DNA of 64,000 nt from Minisyncoccota bacterium (GTDB lineage: Bacteria > Patescibacteriota > Patescibacteriia > SG8-24 > DYFX01). The position numbers and the translations under genes are program-made. Position 1 is the first letter of the stretch; each line of letters starts with the position of its first letter. The stretch is from contig JBPOIQ010000002.1 in the NCBI GenBank assembly GCA_052034355.1, positions 1,555 to 65,554 on the forward strand, given 5' to 3'. This document shows positions 8,790 through 18,198 of the stretch, in pieces. Under the pieces are notes generated by a model. It was not told where the DNA came from and made no database searches. It was given only the letters and a program-made list of their open reading frames with translations.

Positions 8790-8823
8790 CAAAATACGGT
8801 CGTGATCGACCGAAGGAGGGTTC

Positions 8824-9609
8824 ATGCCCCGCAATCAAGAAAAGACCGACTATATCGACGTTGTCATCGAGGGCATTCACCATGTGTCTGATGCTCCTCT
8901 CACGGTCGAAGTGCGTGTCGATCCTGAGAGCAATGAGAAGGAAGCGCGCGCGAAGCTTGCGAACGCTGAACCGGGGGTCAAGAGGCTGTATCTTCAGTGG
9001 AGGTACAATGCCGGCGATCCAGGTTGGTCCGACGAGATCTTGTCGATCAACCTCGCGACCAAGCGGTTGGACGACCATGGTGCGGGCAATCCGCTCTTGG
9101 GACGCCAACGCGTCGGATCCGGCGCGCTCGGCGTGGTGATCCTCGCGTCGCCAGCACTCCTGTTCCTCTCACCGTATCTGATCGCGCGTTCGCGCGTGCA
9201 TGCCGTGCGTGAAGCGCGCGCCGGCATGTCGCGTCATGCCATCGCTCTTTTGGACAAGCTCCGCGGTCAGCTCGATCAGGAGACTGCTTCGTTGCTCGAA
9301 GAAGTGTTCAAGAACGAGTGGCAGCGCGACAAGAAGCTCGAGCGTCGCCTGACGTTCGAGGAGGCGCACAAGCTGCTCCTCGCGTGTCATCTCGACGTGT
9401 CGCGCTTCGGGGAAGCGAGCGCGCGGCCGTACGGAGAAGCGAGGCACTGGTTCGATGATCAGGGCGACCACGTTGCCGCGTACGAGTACGAAGACGGCCA
9501 AACCGATCCGCCACGCCTGCGCGTGTGCGGGGGGGTCTTCCTCGGCCGCCAAGCGCGGTCGCTGCTCGACGTCTGCAAGACGCGCACCGATCAATCCGAC
9601 GACAAGTAG
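8824..9609 (+). CDS. hypothetical protein with one central TM segment (SD-led)
   Basis: AAGGAGG SD; hydrophobic stretch ALGVVILASPALLFLSPYLIA. Confidence 0.65.
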   Translation: MPRNQEKTDYIDVVIEGIHHVSDAPLTVEVRVDPESNEKEARAKLANAEPGVKRLYLQWRYNAGDPGWSDEILSINLATKRLDDHGAGNPLLGRQRVGSGALGVVILASPALLFLSPYLIARSRVHAVREARAGMSRHAIALLDKLRGQLDQETASLLEEVFKNEWQRDKKLERRLTFEEAHKLLLACHLDVSRFGEASARPYGEARHWFDDQGDHVAAYEYEDGQTDPPRLRVCGGVFLGRQARSLLDVCKTRTDQSDDK

Positions 9610-9672
9610 GTCGTCGGTTTTTATATTGACGAAAACGGGTTTTCGGAGTAGACCTGTGACGGGAGGTAACCG

Positions 9673-11799
9673 ATGAAAACGCTCTTTTTGGCCTGGTTGT
9701 GTCTCTTGTTCGTGGCCTGCGGTTCGAGAGAACCGCCCAGGCAGGACAGTGGAAAGACGGACGTTGTGCCCGTCAGTCCGCCCGTCGTTTTGAAGACGGT
9801 GCGCGTGTATGTCGTCCCGTTCTCCGACGTCGATCAGAAGGGGATGGACTACTTCTCTCTCGGTCTGGCGCTGTTTGCAAACGCGCGGCTCGAAGAGCTT
9901 TCCCAGGATGCCGAAGCGTCGAAAGCGCTGGCGGAGAGGGGATACAAGCTCGAAGCTGTCGTTGGTTCGCACGTGCTGCCTGAAGAGTCGGCAAGGCTCG
10001 CGACTGAGCGACCAAACGACATTTCGCTCGCCGCGATCCATGCGGCTGCGAAACGCGCGGGCGCCACGCACGTGCTGACCGGCTACTACAGCGGTCGTGT
10101 CGAGCGTTGGTCGCTCAGCGTCGTGTTGTACGAAGTCGGTGCCGACCGCCTGCGTGAAATCGATCGCGTGACGGAAGAGAAGATGATCTACGCTTCTTCT
10201 CGCGACGTGCCGAAGCCTTCGCACCCCGGCGTGCAGGGTGACATGGCGCACGCCATGCTCGGAAGCGGGATCGTGAAGACGTTCGCCAAGGCGGGCATCG
10301 ATCTGCCTCCCGCGTATGTCGAAGCGCTCTCGCGACCGCAGACGCCGGACATCGTCTCCTTCATCAACCTTTCTCGGGCGTATCGAGCTCTGCTCACGAG
10401 CGACGAGGATGATGCGATGAAGGCGGCGCTGGCGTACGCGGAGAATGCCGTCAGGATCTGGCCGCGCTATCAGATCGCGCGCCGGCTCTATGCCTGGCTG
10501 CTCTGGCAGACCGGTCTCCCGGAGAAGGCGCGGATGCATTACCAGGAAGCGCTCAAGGATGATCCCAAGGACATTCGTTCGCTCCTGGCGTATGGACGCG
10601 TCGAACTCGATACTGGTCAATACGATGAGGCGCGGGCGAGCTTCGAAGCTGCCGTGGCGCTTCGTTCCGAAGATCCGCTTCTTCACTACTGGCTCGGCGA
10701 GGCGTATGCCAAGCTCGGCCGGGTGCAAGACGCGATCGCTCGTTACGAAACGAGTCGTGACTTCGATCCTGGCAATCTCGATGCGCGGCACGCGCTGGTC
10801 GGCTTGTACGCCAGCGAGCGTCGCTATGCGGATGCCGCGAAGGAACTGCGTGTCATCATTTCGGCGGAACCGGACAATGGTGATCCGATCTACCTGCTCG
10901 CTGCCTGCGAGCGCGCGCTCGGCCACTCGGACGAAGCGTTCGCCGCCTACGACCTCGGCCTTTCTCGATTTCCGAACAATGCGAAGCTCCGCAAGATCCG
11001 CAAAGCGGCGGAGAAAGACGGCAACGGAACGTTTGCCGCCGGACTGCATGTGACGGACGCGCTTCGCGGCCGCATGGAAACGATGCGCGCGGAGTTCCAG
11101 GAAGCCGTCAACGACGGCACTTGGCTCCTGGCGCATGAGAAGGAAGCGGCCTGCGCCGACGGTCTGGCCGGAAGCGATTATCTCTTTGCCCGCGAACGCG
11201 GCGGAGAGTACGAAGCGCATGGCAAGGAACTGCAAAGCCGCGTGCACGCCGTGCGGACGCTGCTCAAGGATGATTGGGGACTGCTCCTGACGCCCGACGA
11301 GCTCGCGCTCGCCGAAGACCTCCTGCGCTACGAGCAGGTGTCCTTGCGCGATTACCGCGAAATGCGGACGGCTTACAACGGCACGTTCAAGCGCATGCTC
11401 TCCGAGCGCGGATGCAACCTTGATCCGCAAGCGGTACGAGCGGCGAAGATCGAAGAAGTGCGCGAGCGTAACGGCAAGCGATACGTGACGATGCCTGAGC
11501 CGCCCAAGCGCGACAACTCCGGTATCTCGCCGGTCGTGCCGAACGATGCGGTCGACAACGTCACGTTCTACGTCGAGAACCTCTCGAACGAAGATATCGT
11601 GCTCGTGCTCGACGGCCGCGCTCTCGCGCCGTCCGTACCGCCCTACGTCGGTACCGGAGACCTGCCTCAATACTCGACCCCGATCGGGGAGCATCAGTTG
11701 TGCCATGTCGCAAAGTCGGCCAAGCCGGAATGCGTCGGCACGAATATCCGTACGTTCGTGGTGGACGAGGGTCTCGTCTACCGCGTCCAGGACCAATGA
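9673..11799 (+). CDS. putative lipoprotein with TolB-N/FlgO-like domain and TPR repeats
   Basis: Lipobox LFVA-C at Cys16; VYVVPF..D..YF..GL and VLTG motifs; multiple TPRs; GGAGGT SD. Confidence 0.75.
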   Translation: MKTLFLAWLCLLFVACGSREPPRQDSGKTDVVPVSPPVVLKTVRVYVVPFSDVDQKGMDYFSLGLALFANARLEELSQDAEASKALAERGYKLEAVVGSHVLPEESARLATERPNDISLAAIHAAAKRAGATHVLTGYYSGRVERWSLSVVLYEVGADRLREIDRVTEEKMIYASSRDVPKPSHPGVQGDMAHAMLGSGIVKTFAKAGIDLPPAYVEALSRPQTPDIVSFINLSRAYRALLTSDEDDAMKAALAYAENAVRIWPRYQIARRLYAWLLWQTGLPEKARMHYQEALKDDPKDIRSLLAYGRVELDTGQYDEARASFEAAVALRSEDPLLHYWLGEAYAKLGRVQDAIARYETSRDFDPGNLDARHALVGLYASERRYADAAKELRVIISAEPDNGDPIYLLAACERALGHSDEAFAAYDLGLSRFPNNAKLRKIRKAAEKDGNGTFAAGLHVTDALRGRMETMRAEFQEAVNDGTWLLAHEKEAACADGLAGSDYLFARERGGEYEAHGKELQSRVHAVRTLLKDDWGLLLTPDELALAEDLLRYEQVSLRDYREMRTAYNGTFKRMLSERGCNLDPQAVRAAKIEEVRERNGKRYVTMPEPPKRDNSGISPVVPNDAVDNVTFYVENLSNEDIVLVLDGRALAPSVPPYVGTGDLPQYSTPIGEHQLCHVAKSAKPECVGTNIRTFVVDEGLVYRVQDQ

Positions 11800-11804
11800 A
11801 TACG

Positions 11805-11835
11805 GCCTCTGTCATCACGACAGGGGTCTTTTTTC
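11805..11835 (+). terminator. intrinsic terminator
   Basis: GGCCTCTGTC-atcac-GACAGGGGTC followed by T6. Confidence 0.7.
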
Positions 11836-11935
11836 GTTGACATGGGGGGTTGCCAGGTATATATAAGGAGTTTATTCCGGGAACGAGTGTTCCCGGGATA
11901 CCGTACGCAAACGCGTCCTTCACAAGGAGGGCACC

Positions 11936-14900
11936 ATGTGGCAATGGCTCAAGCGGCAGCTCGATCGAGGCTTGTTGGTATTCAAGGTAGCGATCGCTTA
12001 CGTCGTCATCCTGGCGATCCCGTTGACCATCGTGCTCATGCCTGGTCGTCTCGGGGTGCCGGCGCGGTTTGCTTTCCCACTCGCCCTTATCGTCCTTCCG
12101 GCGCTCTACGCGCTTTGGAGAACGTTCAAGGGTATCGCTGCCCTGGTTGCCAGGTCGGCAGTCTTCCTCTGGAAGTTCCGGCTGTTCCGCGGGATGGTCT
12201 TCACGGCGTCAGCCGCGCTGGCCGTCGTGATCGCGCTCATGAACGTTCTGCGTTCCGGCGCGTACATGCGGCTGGGTCTCATGTGCGAAGCGATCGGACT
12301 CTTCGGTATTTTCGCGGCCGCGTTTCTCTCGAATCCGCCCGAGCGCATCCTTGCGCGCATGCGGAGCTGGAGAGTCTCGCCCGCGTATTCCGGCGCGTTC
12401 AACATCTTCCGCATCGCCATGTGGCTCATTGGCATCGCGCTCATCGACTGGTGGCTCTATGCCATGGTTGACGGGCTACTCTGGGGCAACTGGCTCATGT
12501 TGCCGTGGCAGTGGGTCGGCAACCTACCGTACTTCGTCGAGATCTTCTTTGCGCCGTTGGAACATCCGATTGCCCTCGCGACGCTTCCACCGATCGTCTT
12601 CACGTTCTTTGCGCTGCTGGCGCGTCCTCCGTACGTGCGACGCGCTGCACCACGCAAGGTGTTGACGATTCGCAGCGTACCGCCGGGACTGCGTCGTGCC
12701 TTCAAGCGGCTCTACGGTGGAATTCCGATGTATACGATCGAGCGGGAGCCGAAGTTCGTGCAATTCACCGCTCCAGACGGAAGCGTTGGCCAAGCCGGCG
12801 AACGATTCGTCTTCATGCGGATGCTTTGCACGGGATTCGCGCTCGGGACCCTTCTGACTTGCGTGATCCTCACGCGGCTCGCTGAAGGATTCGTTCAAGA
12901 GATGCCCGACGATCTCTCCAGCGTCGAAAGCTATCAGCCGGTCGTCTCGACGATCGTGCTCGATCGCAACAAGAAGCTGATGTGCAGCTTTTCGCTCGAG
13001 AATCGCACGTGGACGGATCTTGAAAACGTTCCGGGCTACGTGCAAGAGGCGTTCATCGCTTCGGAAGACAAGACGTTCTGGACGCATGATGGGCTCGATC
13101 CGAAAGGTATCCTGCGCGCGCTTCTTCACAACTTGAGGGACAAAAACGCGCAGCAAGGCGCCTCGACGATTACTGCCCAAGTGATCAAACAGGTCGTGCT
13201 CAAGGACTCGAGTCCGACGATCGAGCGCAAGCTCAAGCAGTTCTTCTTGGCCGTCCGTCTTGAGAGAGAGATGGCAGAGAAGTACGGGCGCCGCAAAGCC
13301 AAAGAAAAGATTCTCGAGGTCTATCTGAATCACGTGTACCTCGGCAAGAACGCCTACGGCGTCGAGGCTGCAGCGGAAACGTATTTCGGAAAGTCCGTTC
13401 GGAATCTGACGTTGGCCGAAGCGGCGATTCTGGCCGGTTTGCCGAAGGCGCCATCGGATGATTCGCCCGACGGGCATTTCGACCGCGCCAAGGTGCGTCA
13501 GCGCTACGTGCTCGGTCGCATGCGCGAGAATGGCGTGATCACGAAAGCTGAGTATGAAGAAGCACTTCTCGTGCCGATCACGCTCATCAAGCGTGCGCAC
13601 CCGTTCAACATGGCGACGGCGCCGTTCGCTTGCGAGGAAACCCGCAAATTCGTCGAACGCACGTTTGGCTATGACGCGGTGTACAAGCAAGGTTTGATCA
13701 TTCACACAACCTTCGATCTCGTTCGCCAGCGCCAAGCGCAAGTCGATGTACGATTCGGTCTGCGCGAGCTCGAACGTCGCCTGGGTTTTGCCGGTCCGGA
13801 AGGACATGACAATGACGCCGGGTCGACATGCGAGCACCCGATGGGATTGGTTGTCGATAATGCTGTCGAAGCAAACGCACGCGTCGTTGCGCGTAGCGGC
13901 TCGTCGATCACGCTATGCGTGCGCGGTCATGCCTTTCCGCTCGATGCGGAGGACGTAGATCGTGTTGTCAGGTGGGAGCGAGCCAAGTCGGGTCGCAAGC
14001 TCGTTCTTGGGGATCTCCTCACGGTTCGCATTGAGACGAGGGAAAAGGGTGATGGTACGTCCGAACGCTTCGCGTTGACCGCTCGCCGTACCGGCGGGAA
14101 GGATCATCCTGAAGCGTTGCAGGCCGCGATCGTCGCCATCGATCCACAAAGCGGGGAAATCCGCGCGCTGGTCGGAGGCTACGATTGGAACGAGAGCCAG
14201 TTCAACAACGCCACGCAAGCGCGGCGTCAAACGGGCTCCTCGATCAAGCCATACGTTTATCTGACGGCGCTCATGAACGGAAAGACGGTCGTCTCGACCG
14301 TGCTTGATGCGCCGATCTGTCTTCCGACCGCTTCCGGCATGTGGTGCCCGACGAACTATTCGGGCCCCAGAACGACGCGCGTCTTCTATGGCACCGTCGA
14401 TCTGGTCACGGCGCTCGCGAAGTCGCTCAACTCCGTATCTGTCCGGCTTCTCGTCGAAGTTGGTCTCGATAAGGCGATTGCGACGATGCGCGCGCTCGGT
14501 ATCCGCTCGCCGATCGTTCGGGTCTTTCCCTTGGCTGTCGGAACTCCCGAGATCACTCTTTGGGAACACACTGCCGGCTACGCGACGATCCTTTCGAACG
14601 GACGCGCGATGGCGCCGCAGAAAGAAGGCTACGCTCCCGGCATCTTCGTGAAGTCGGTCGAAACCTTCGTTCGGACTCCATCCGGCCATTCCGAGCTAAA
14701 GACGATTTATACCGCGCCGGAACGTCCGGAAACGCAGGCGGTGCCTTCGGGCGACGCCTATGCGATGACGGAGCTCATGCGCGGCGTGGTCGAGTTCGGA
14801 ACCGGTACGCGCGCCAAGAAGTTGCGTCGTCCTGTGGTCGGCAAGACCGGTACGACGAACAACTTCCAGGACGCGTGGTTCATGGGCGGTACATCCGATC

Positions 14901-15202
14901 TCGTCGTTGGTACCTGGGTCGGACGCAGGACGCCTGCTCCGATTGCGAGGGAAGCGACGGGTGGTGTCGTAGCGCTTCCGATCTGGCTCGCCTTCATGGA
15001 ATCGGTCTTTCCGGTCCCTGCGGACGGCCAGCCGTTCTCGACGCCGCCTCGGGATTTCCCGATCCCGAACGACGTCACACTCCTACGTCGAGGTACGACC
15101 GACAATGGCCGCACCGGCCTCCTCCCGTTCCAACGGGGGAAGACGCCGGACGCCTATCTCGAAGCGCCAAACGCCGACTTCGGCCAAGGCGCCTTCGAAT
15201 GA
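11936..15202 (+). CDS. class A penicillin-binding protein (PBP1A-like) with N-terminal multi-TM extension
   Basis: GT51 motifs EDKTFWTHDG and GASTIT; transpeptidase SSIK, SLN, KTGT; about 310 aa hydrophobic N-terminus. Confidence 0.9.
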   Translation: MWQWLKRQLDRGLLVFKVAIAYVVILAIPLTIVLMPGRLGVPARFAFPLALIVLPALYALWRTFKGIAALVARSAVFLWKFRLFRGMVFTASAALAVVIALMNVLRSGAYMRLGLMCEAIGLFGIFAAAFLSNPPERILARMRSWRVSPAYSGAFNIFRIAMWLIGIALIDWWLYAMVDGLLWGNWLMLPWQWVGNLPYFVEIFFAPLEHPIALATLPPIVFTFFALLARPPYVRRAAPRKVLTIRSVPPGLRRAFKRLYGGIPMYTIEREPKFVQFTAPDGSVGQAGERFVFMRMLCTGFALGTLLTCVILTRLAEGFVQEMPDDLSSVESYQPVVSTIVLDRNKKLMCSFSLENRTWTDLENVPGYVQEAFIASEDKTFWTHDGLDPKGILRALLHNLRDKNAQQGASTITAQVIKQVVLKDSSPTIERKLKQFFLAVRLEREMAEKYGRRKAKEKILEVYLNHVYLGKNAYGVEAAAETYFGKSVRNLTLAEAAILAGLPKAPSDDSPDGHFDRAKVRQRYVLGRMRENGVITKAEYEEALLVPITLIKRAHPFNMATAPFACEETRKFVERTFGYDAVYKQGLIIHTTFDLVRQRQAQVDVRFGLRELERRLGFAGPEGHDNDAGSTCEHPMGLVVDNAVEANARVVARSGSSITLCVRGHAFPLDAEDVDRVVRWERAKSGRKLVLGDLLTVRIETREKGDGTSERFALTARRTGGKDHPEALQAAIVAIDPQSGEIRALVGGYDWNESQFNNATQARRQTGSSIKPYVYLTALMNGKTVVSTVLDAPICLPTASGMWCPTNYSGPRTTRVFYGTVDLVTALAKSLNSVSVRLLVEVGLDKAIATMRALGIRSPIVRVFPLAVGTPEITLWEHTAGYATILSNGRAMAPQKEGYAPGIFVKSVETFVRTPSGHSELKTIYTAPERPETQAVPSGDAYAMTELMRGVVEFGTGTRAKKLRRPVVGKTGTTNNFQDAWFMGGTSDLVVGTWVGRRTPAPIAREATGGVVALPIWLAFMESVFPVPADGQPFSTPPRDFPIPNDVTLLRRGTTDNGRTGLLPFQRGKTPDAYLEAPNADFGQGAFE

Positions 15203-15206
15203 GCTC

Positions 15207-15240
15207 AGACCCCCTGCCAAGCGGCAGGGGGTTTTTCTAT
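15207..15240 (+). terminator. intrinsic terminator
   Basis: ACCCCCTGCC-aagc-GGCAGGGGGT followed by T-tract. Confidence 0.8.
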
Positions 15241-15262
15241 TTTTTCGGGGGTCAGAAGAGGG

Positions 15263-15291
15263 TTGACAAAACCCTTGTTTTACGCTAGACT
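15263..15291 (+). promoter_or_regulatory. sigma70-type promoter
   Basis: TTGACA-17 nt-TAGACT. Confidence 0.7.
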
Positions 15292-15350
15292 ACCTCGGTT
15301 CCGGCGTGTTGCCGGGGCATCAACCTCCACCGCTCTTTCAAGGGAGTGTC

Positions 15351-16505
15351 ATGTCGAAGGAAAGCTCGACGAATCCGGTTCCATTCGTGATCGCGGCGAT
15401 CATCATCGCCGCCGTCGCGTTCGGGCATACGAAGAAGGAGCGGCATGCTGGTGGCGGGCGCGACGCGTCCGTTTCCAACGACAGCTCCGACAACGAAGCC
15501 TCGGAAGGAGAAGAAGAGAGCGGCGCGGCGCCGTCCGACGGTACGGCGCGCGTCGTCCTCGTGTCGCTCGACGGCATGCACGTGAAGTTGATCGACGTCA
15601 TGCCGCACCTGCGGCAGATGTTCGACGAAGGCTCATACACGCTGAAGGCGCGGGTGCCCTGGGCTACGCTCGAGGTGCCCGACGAAAACGGCGTGTCCGC
15701 GAGGATCTCTCGCGGCGCCACGACGGCCGTCTCGCACGCTGCGCTCTTCACGGGCGCGGATCCCGAGGTGAACGGCGTGACGAACGAGCCGATCGACGAC
15801 GCGCATCACACGCGCCACGTCCACGGCGTCGCGTTTCGATGGACTCCGCTTTTGGTGAAAGAAACCATCTTCACCGCGGTGGAGCAGTCGGGACGAGGCG
15901 TCCGTGCCTACGTCGAGAAGGGGAAGCTGGTCGGCCTGCTCCGCGCCGACGGTTCCGAAACCGGGATCGTCACGAGGAACAGTATCGATCGGTTCGCTCT
16001 CCGCGACTGCGAGGCGTTCAAGGACGCTTCGGCCGGCTTGATCGTCTTGCACTTCAAGATGATCGATGGCGCCGGGCATAACGTCGGTTGGCTCACTCCC
16101 GAGCAGTACAAGGAGGCTGAGATCATCGACGGCAAGCTCAAGGTGATCCGGGACTGCATCGCTGTGGCCGACGCGCGCGACGGTCTCTCGACCACGCTGA
16201 TCGTGACCGCCGACCACGGCGGTACGCCCGGCCTGAAGAAGGGCCACAGCGCGAACGATGACGACAATCGTCTCGTTCCATGGGTCATCGTCGGTCCCGG
16301 CATCAAGCGGGGTTACGAGATTGTTGGTCGGAACGACTTGCCGCCTATCCGGAATCCCCGGAACGGTGGTCCGAGCGTGCCAGCCGCGATCAACCTCTAC
16401 GACACCGTGCCGACGATCTTGCGCATCCTGGGCTTGCCCAGGAGCGCGATGCCATCACTCTCGGTTCAAGCAAAGTCCGTCGACGAAGTCTTCGTTACGG
16501 ACTGA
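15351..16505 (+). CDS. alkaline phosphatase superfamily enzyme (phosphodiesterase/nucleotide pyrophosphatase-like), membrane-anchored
   Basis: SLDG, TAVSH..LFTG nucleophile motif, DGAGH, TADHGG, D..PT.L..LG; N-terminal TM. Confidence 0.85.
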   Translation: MSKESSTNPVPFVIAAIIIAAVAFGHTKKERHAGGGRDASVSNDSSDNEASEGEEESGAAPSDGTARVVLVSLDGMHVKLIDVMPHLRQMFDEGSYTLKARVPWATLEVPDENGVSARISRGATTAVSHAALFTGADPEVNGVTNEPIDDAHHTRHVHGVAFRWTPLLVKETIFTAVEQSGRGVRAYVEKGKLVGLLRADGSETGIVTRNSIDRFALRDCEAFKDASAGLIVLHFKMIDGAGHNVGWLTPEQYKEAEIIDGKLKVIRDCIAVADARDGLSTTLIVTADHGGTPGLKKGHSANDDDNRLVPWVIVGPGIKRGYEIVGRNDLPPIRNPRNGGPSVPAAINLYDTVPTILRILGLPRSAMPSLSVQAKSVDEVFVTD

Positions 16506-16565
16506 CAACTCGCTCAGGTCGCGCCTTCATCACACGAAGGCGCGATTTTTTGTTATACTGAAACC

Positions 16566-16856
16566 ATGAAACATCCCGAGGATCCCGAAGCGCTGCTCTT
16601 CCTGGCTGAAGCTGGGGGTGACGTGCCCGAAGCCGACCTTCACGGTCTGTATCCTGCACAAGCGCTTGAGAGTGTTGAGCGGCTGCTCAATGCCGCGTTC
16701 GTGCGCGGAGACCGCGTCGTGCGCGTGATCCACGGGAAGGGGGAAGGGCGTTTGCGCGAGGCGCTTCATCGCGCCTGCAGGAGCCATCCGCTCGTGGAAC
16801 GCTTTCGGGAAACTTCTGGTGGGGGAGCGACGGTACTTTTACTTGTCGAACGTTGA
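16566..16856 (+). CDS. stand-alone Smr domain protein
   Basis: DLHG, VIHGKG.G.LR, GGAT. Confidence 0.9.
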   Translation: MKHPEDPEALLFLAEAGGDVPEADLHGLYPAQALESVERLLNAAFVRGDRVVRVIHGKGEGRLREALHRACRSHPLVERFRETSGGGATVLLLVER

Positions 16857-16859
16857 TCT

Positions 16860-18197
16860 ATGGATCGTCATTTTCGCAAAGCTTGGGTCGTGACCGCGGA
16901 CATGGGGTACGGACACGAGCGCGCTTCACACGCGCTGACCGATTTGGCGTACGGGGATCCGATCGTTTCAAATAATTATCCCGGTATCCCTGAGCGCGAC
17001 AAAAAGATGTGGCGCGCGACGCGCTTGCTCTACGAAGCTTTCTCGCGATTCAAATCGGTGCCGATCCTGGGCGAGATCGCTTGGAGCGTTTTCGACAACA
17101 TGCAGGAGATCGAACCGTTTTATCCGCGGCGCGACTTGTCGAAGCCGAGCTTGCAGGTGCTCCAGCAGTATTATCTGATTGAAAAGAAAGGGTTGGGATC
17201 CGACCTTATCGCGACTTTGCGCAAGAAGCGCAACCTCCCGCTCGTTTGTACGTTCCCGCTGCCGGCCTTTGCTGCCGACTATTTCGATTATCCCGAAGAT
17301 ATCTATCTCGTGACGACGGACGCCGACATCAATCGCGCCTGGGTCGCGAAAGATCCCAAGCGCAGCCGCGTGAAATATTTCGCTTCGAACGGTCGCGTTG
17401 TTGAACGCTTAAAGCTGTACGGCGTCCCGTCTGACCGCATTTTCCTGACAGGTTTTCCGTTGTCGAAAGACTTGATCGGAGGACCTTCGGCAGAAACCAT
17501 CAGGAAGGATTTGGGCGAGCGGCTGTGCCATCTCGATCCGAACGGGATTTTCCTGGCAAAGTACGAGGAGACGCTACGTTCGACGATCGGCGCCGGAAAT
17601 TGCCGGATGACGCCGACGCATCCGCTCACGCTTACGTTCAGCGTCGGCGGCGCGGGCGCGCAACGCGAACTCGGTCTTGAAATCGCGGAAAGCCTTCGTG
17701 AAAAAATCCGCCGAGGCAAAATCGTCCTCAACCTGGTTGCCGGCACGAAAAAGGACGTCGCGTTGTATTTCAAGAAGAGACTGGTTGAAATCGGTTTGGG
17801 TAGCGACCTCGGAGAAGGGGTGCGCGTGCAGTACTATGCTGACCGCGCTTCGTACTTTCGGAAATTCGATCAACTGTGCCGGCATTCCGATATCTTGTGG
17901 ACCAAGCCGAGCGAGTTGTCGTTTTACACGGGTGTCGGCCTTCCGATCATTGTCGCGCCCCCGATCGGTTCGCAGGAAGTGTATAACGAGCATTGGCTTC
18001 GCACCGTCGGCGGCGGTACGCCGCAGGGGGATCCGAAGTACACCAACGAATGGCTGTTCGACTGGGTCGAATCCGGCGGTTTGGCGCGTATGGCCTGGAA
18101 CGGCTTCATTGAAGCCCCGACGCACGGCGCTTATCGTATCGAAGAAATCATCACGGGCATGGAAGTCGAACTTCCTCAGCTACCGTTGATCATCTAG
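16860..18197 (+). CDS. GT-B fold glycosyltransferase-like protein (MGDG synthase-like)
   Basis: DMGYGH.R, TGFP, SVGGAG, TKPSEL, P.GSQE..N motifs. Confidence 0.65.
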   Translation: MDRHFRKAWVVTADMGYGHERASHALTDLAYGDPIVSNNYPGIPERDKKMWRATRLLYEAFSRFKSVPILGEIAWSVFDNMQEIEPFYPRRDLSKPSLQVLQQYYLIEKKGLGSDLIATLRKKRNLPLVCTFPLPAFAADYFDYPEDIYLVTTDADINRAWVAKDPKRSRVKYFASNGRVVERLKLYGVPSDRIFLTGFPLSKDLIGGPSAETIRKDLGERLCHLDPNGIFLAKYEETLRSTIGAGNCRMTPTHPLTLTFSVGGAGAQRELGLEIAESLREKIRRGKIVLNLVAGTKKDVALYFKKRLVEIGLGSDLGEGVRVQYYADRASYFRKFDQLCRHSDILWTKPSELSFYTGVGLPIIVAPPIGSQEVYNEHWLRTVGGGTPQGDPKYTNEWLFDWVESGGLARMAWNGFIEAPTHGAYRIEEIITGMEVELPQLPLII

Positions 18198-18198
18198 C

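Noticed and set aside
9169-11796. 875-aa minus-strand ORF and other long antisense ORFs (25862-27511, 38937-40298, 45896-47260)
   Set aside because: Codon-aligned shadows of real + strand genes in GC-rich DNA; no motifs or start signals
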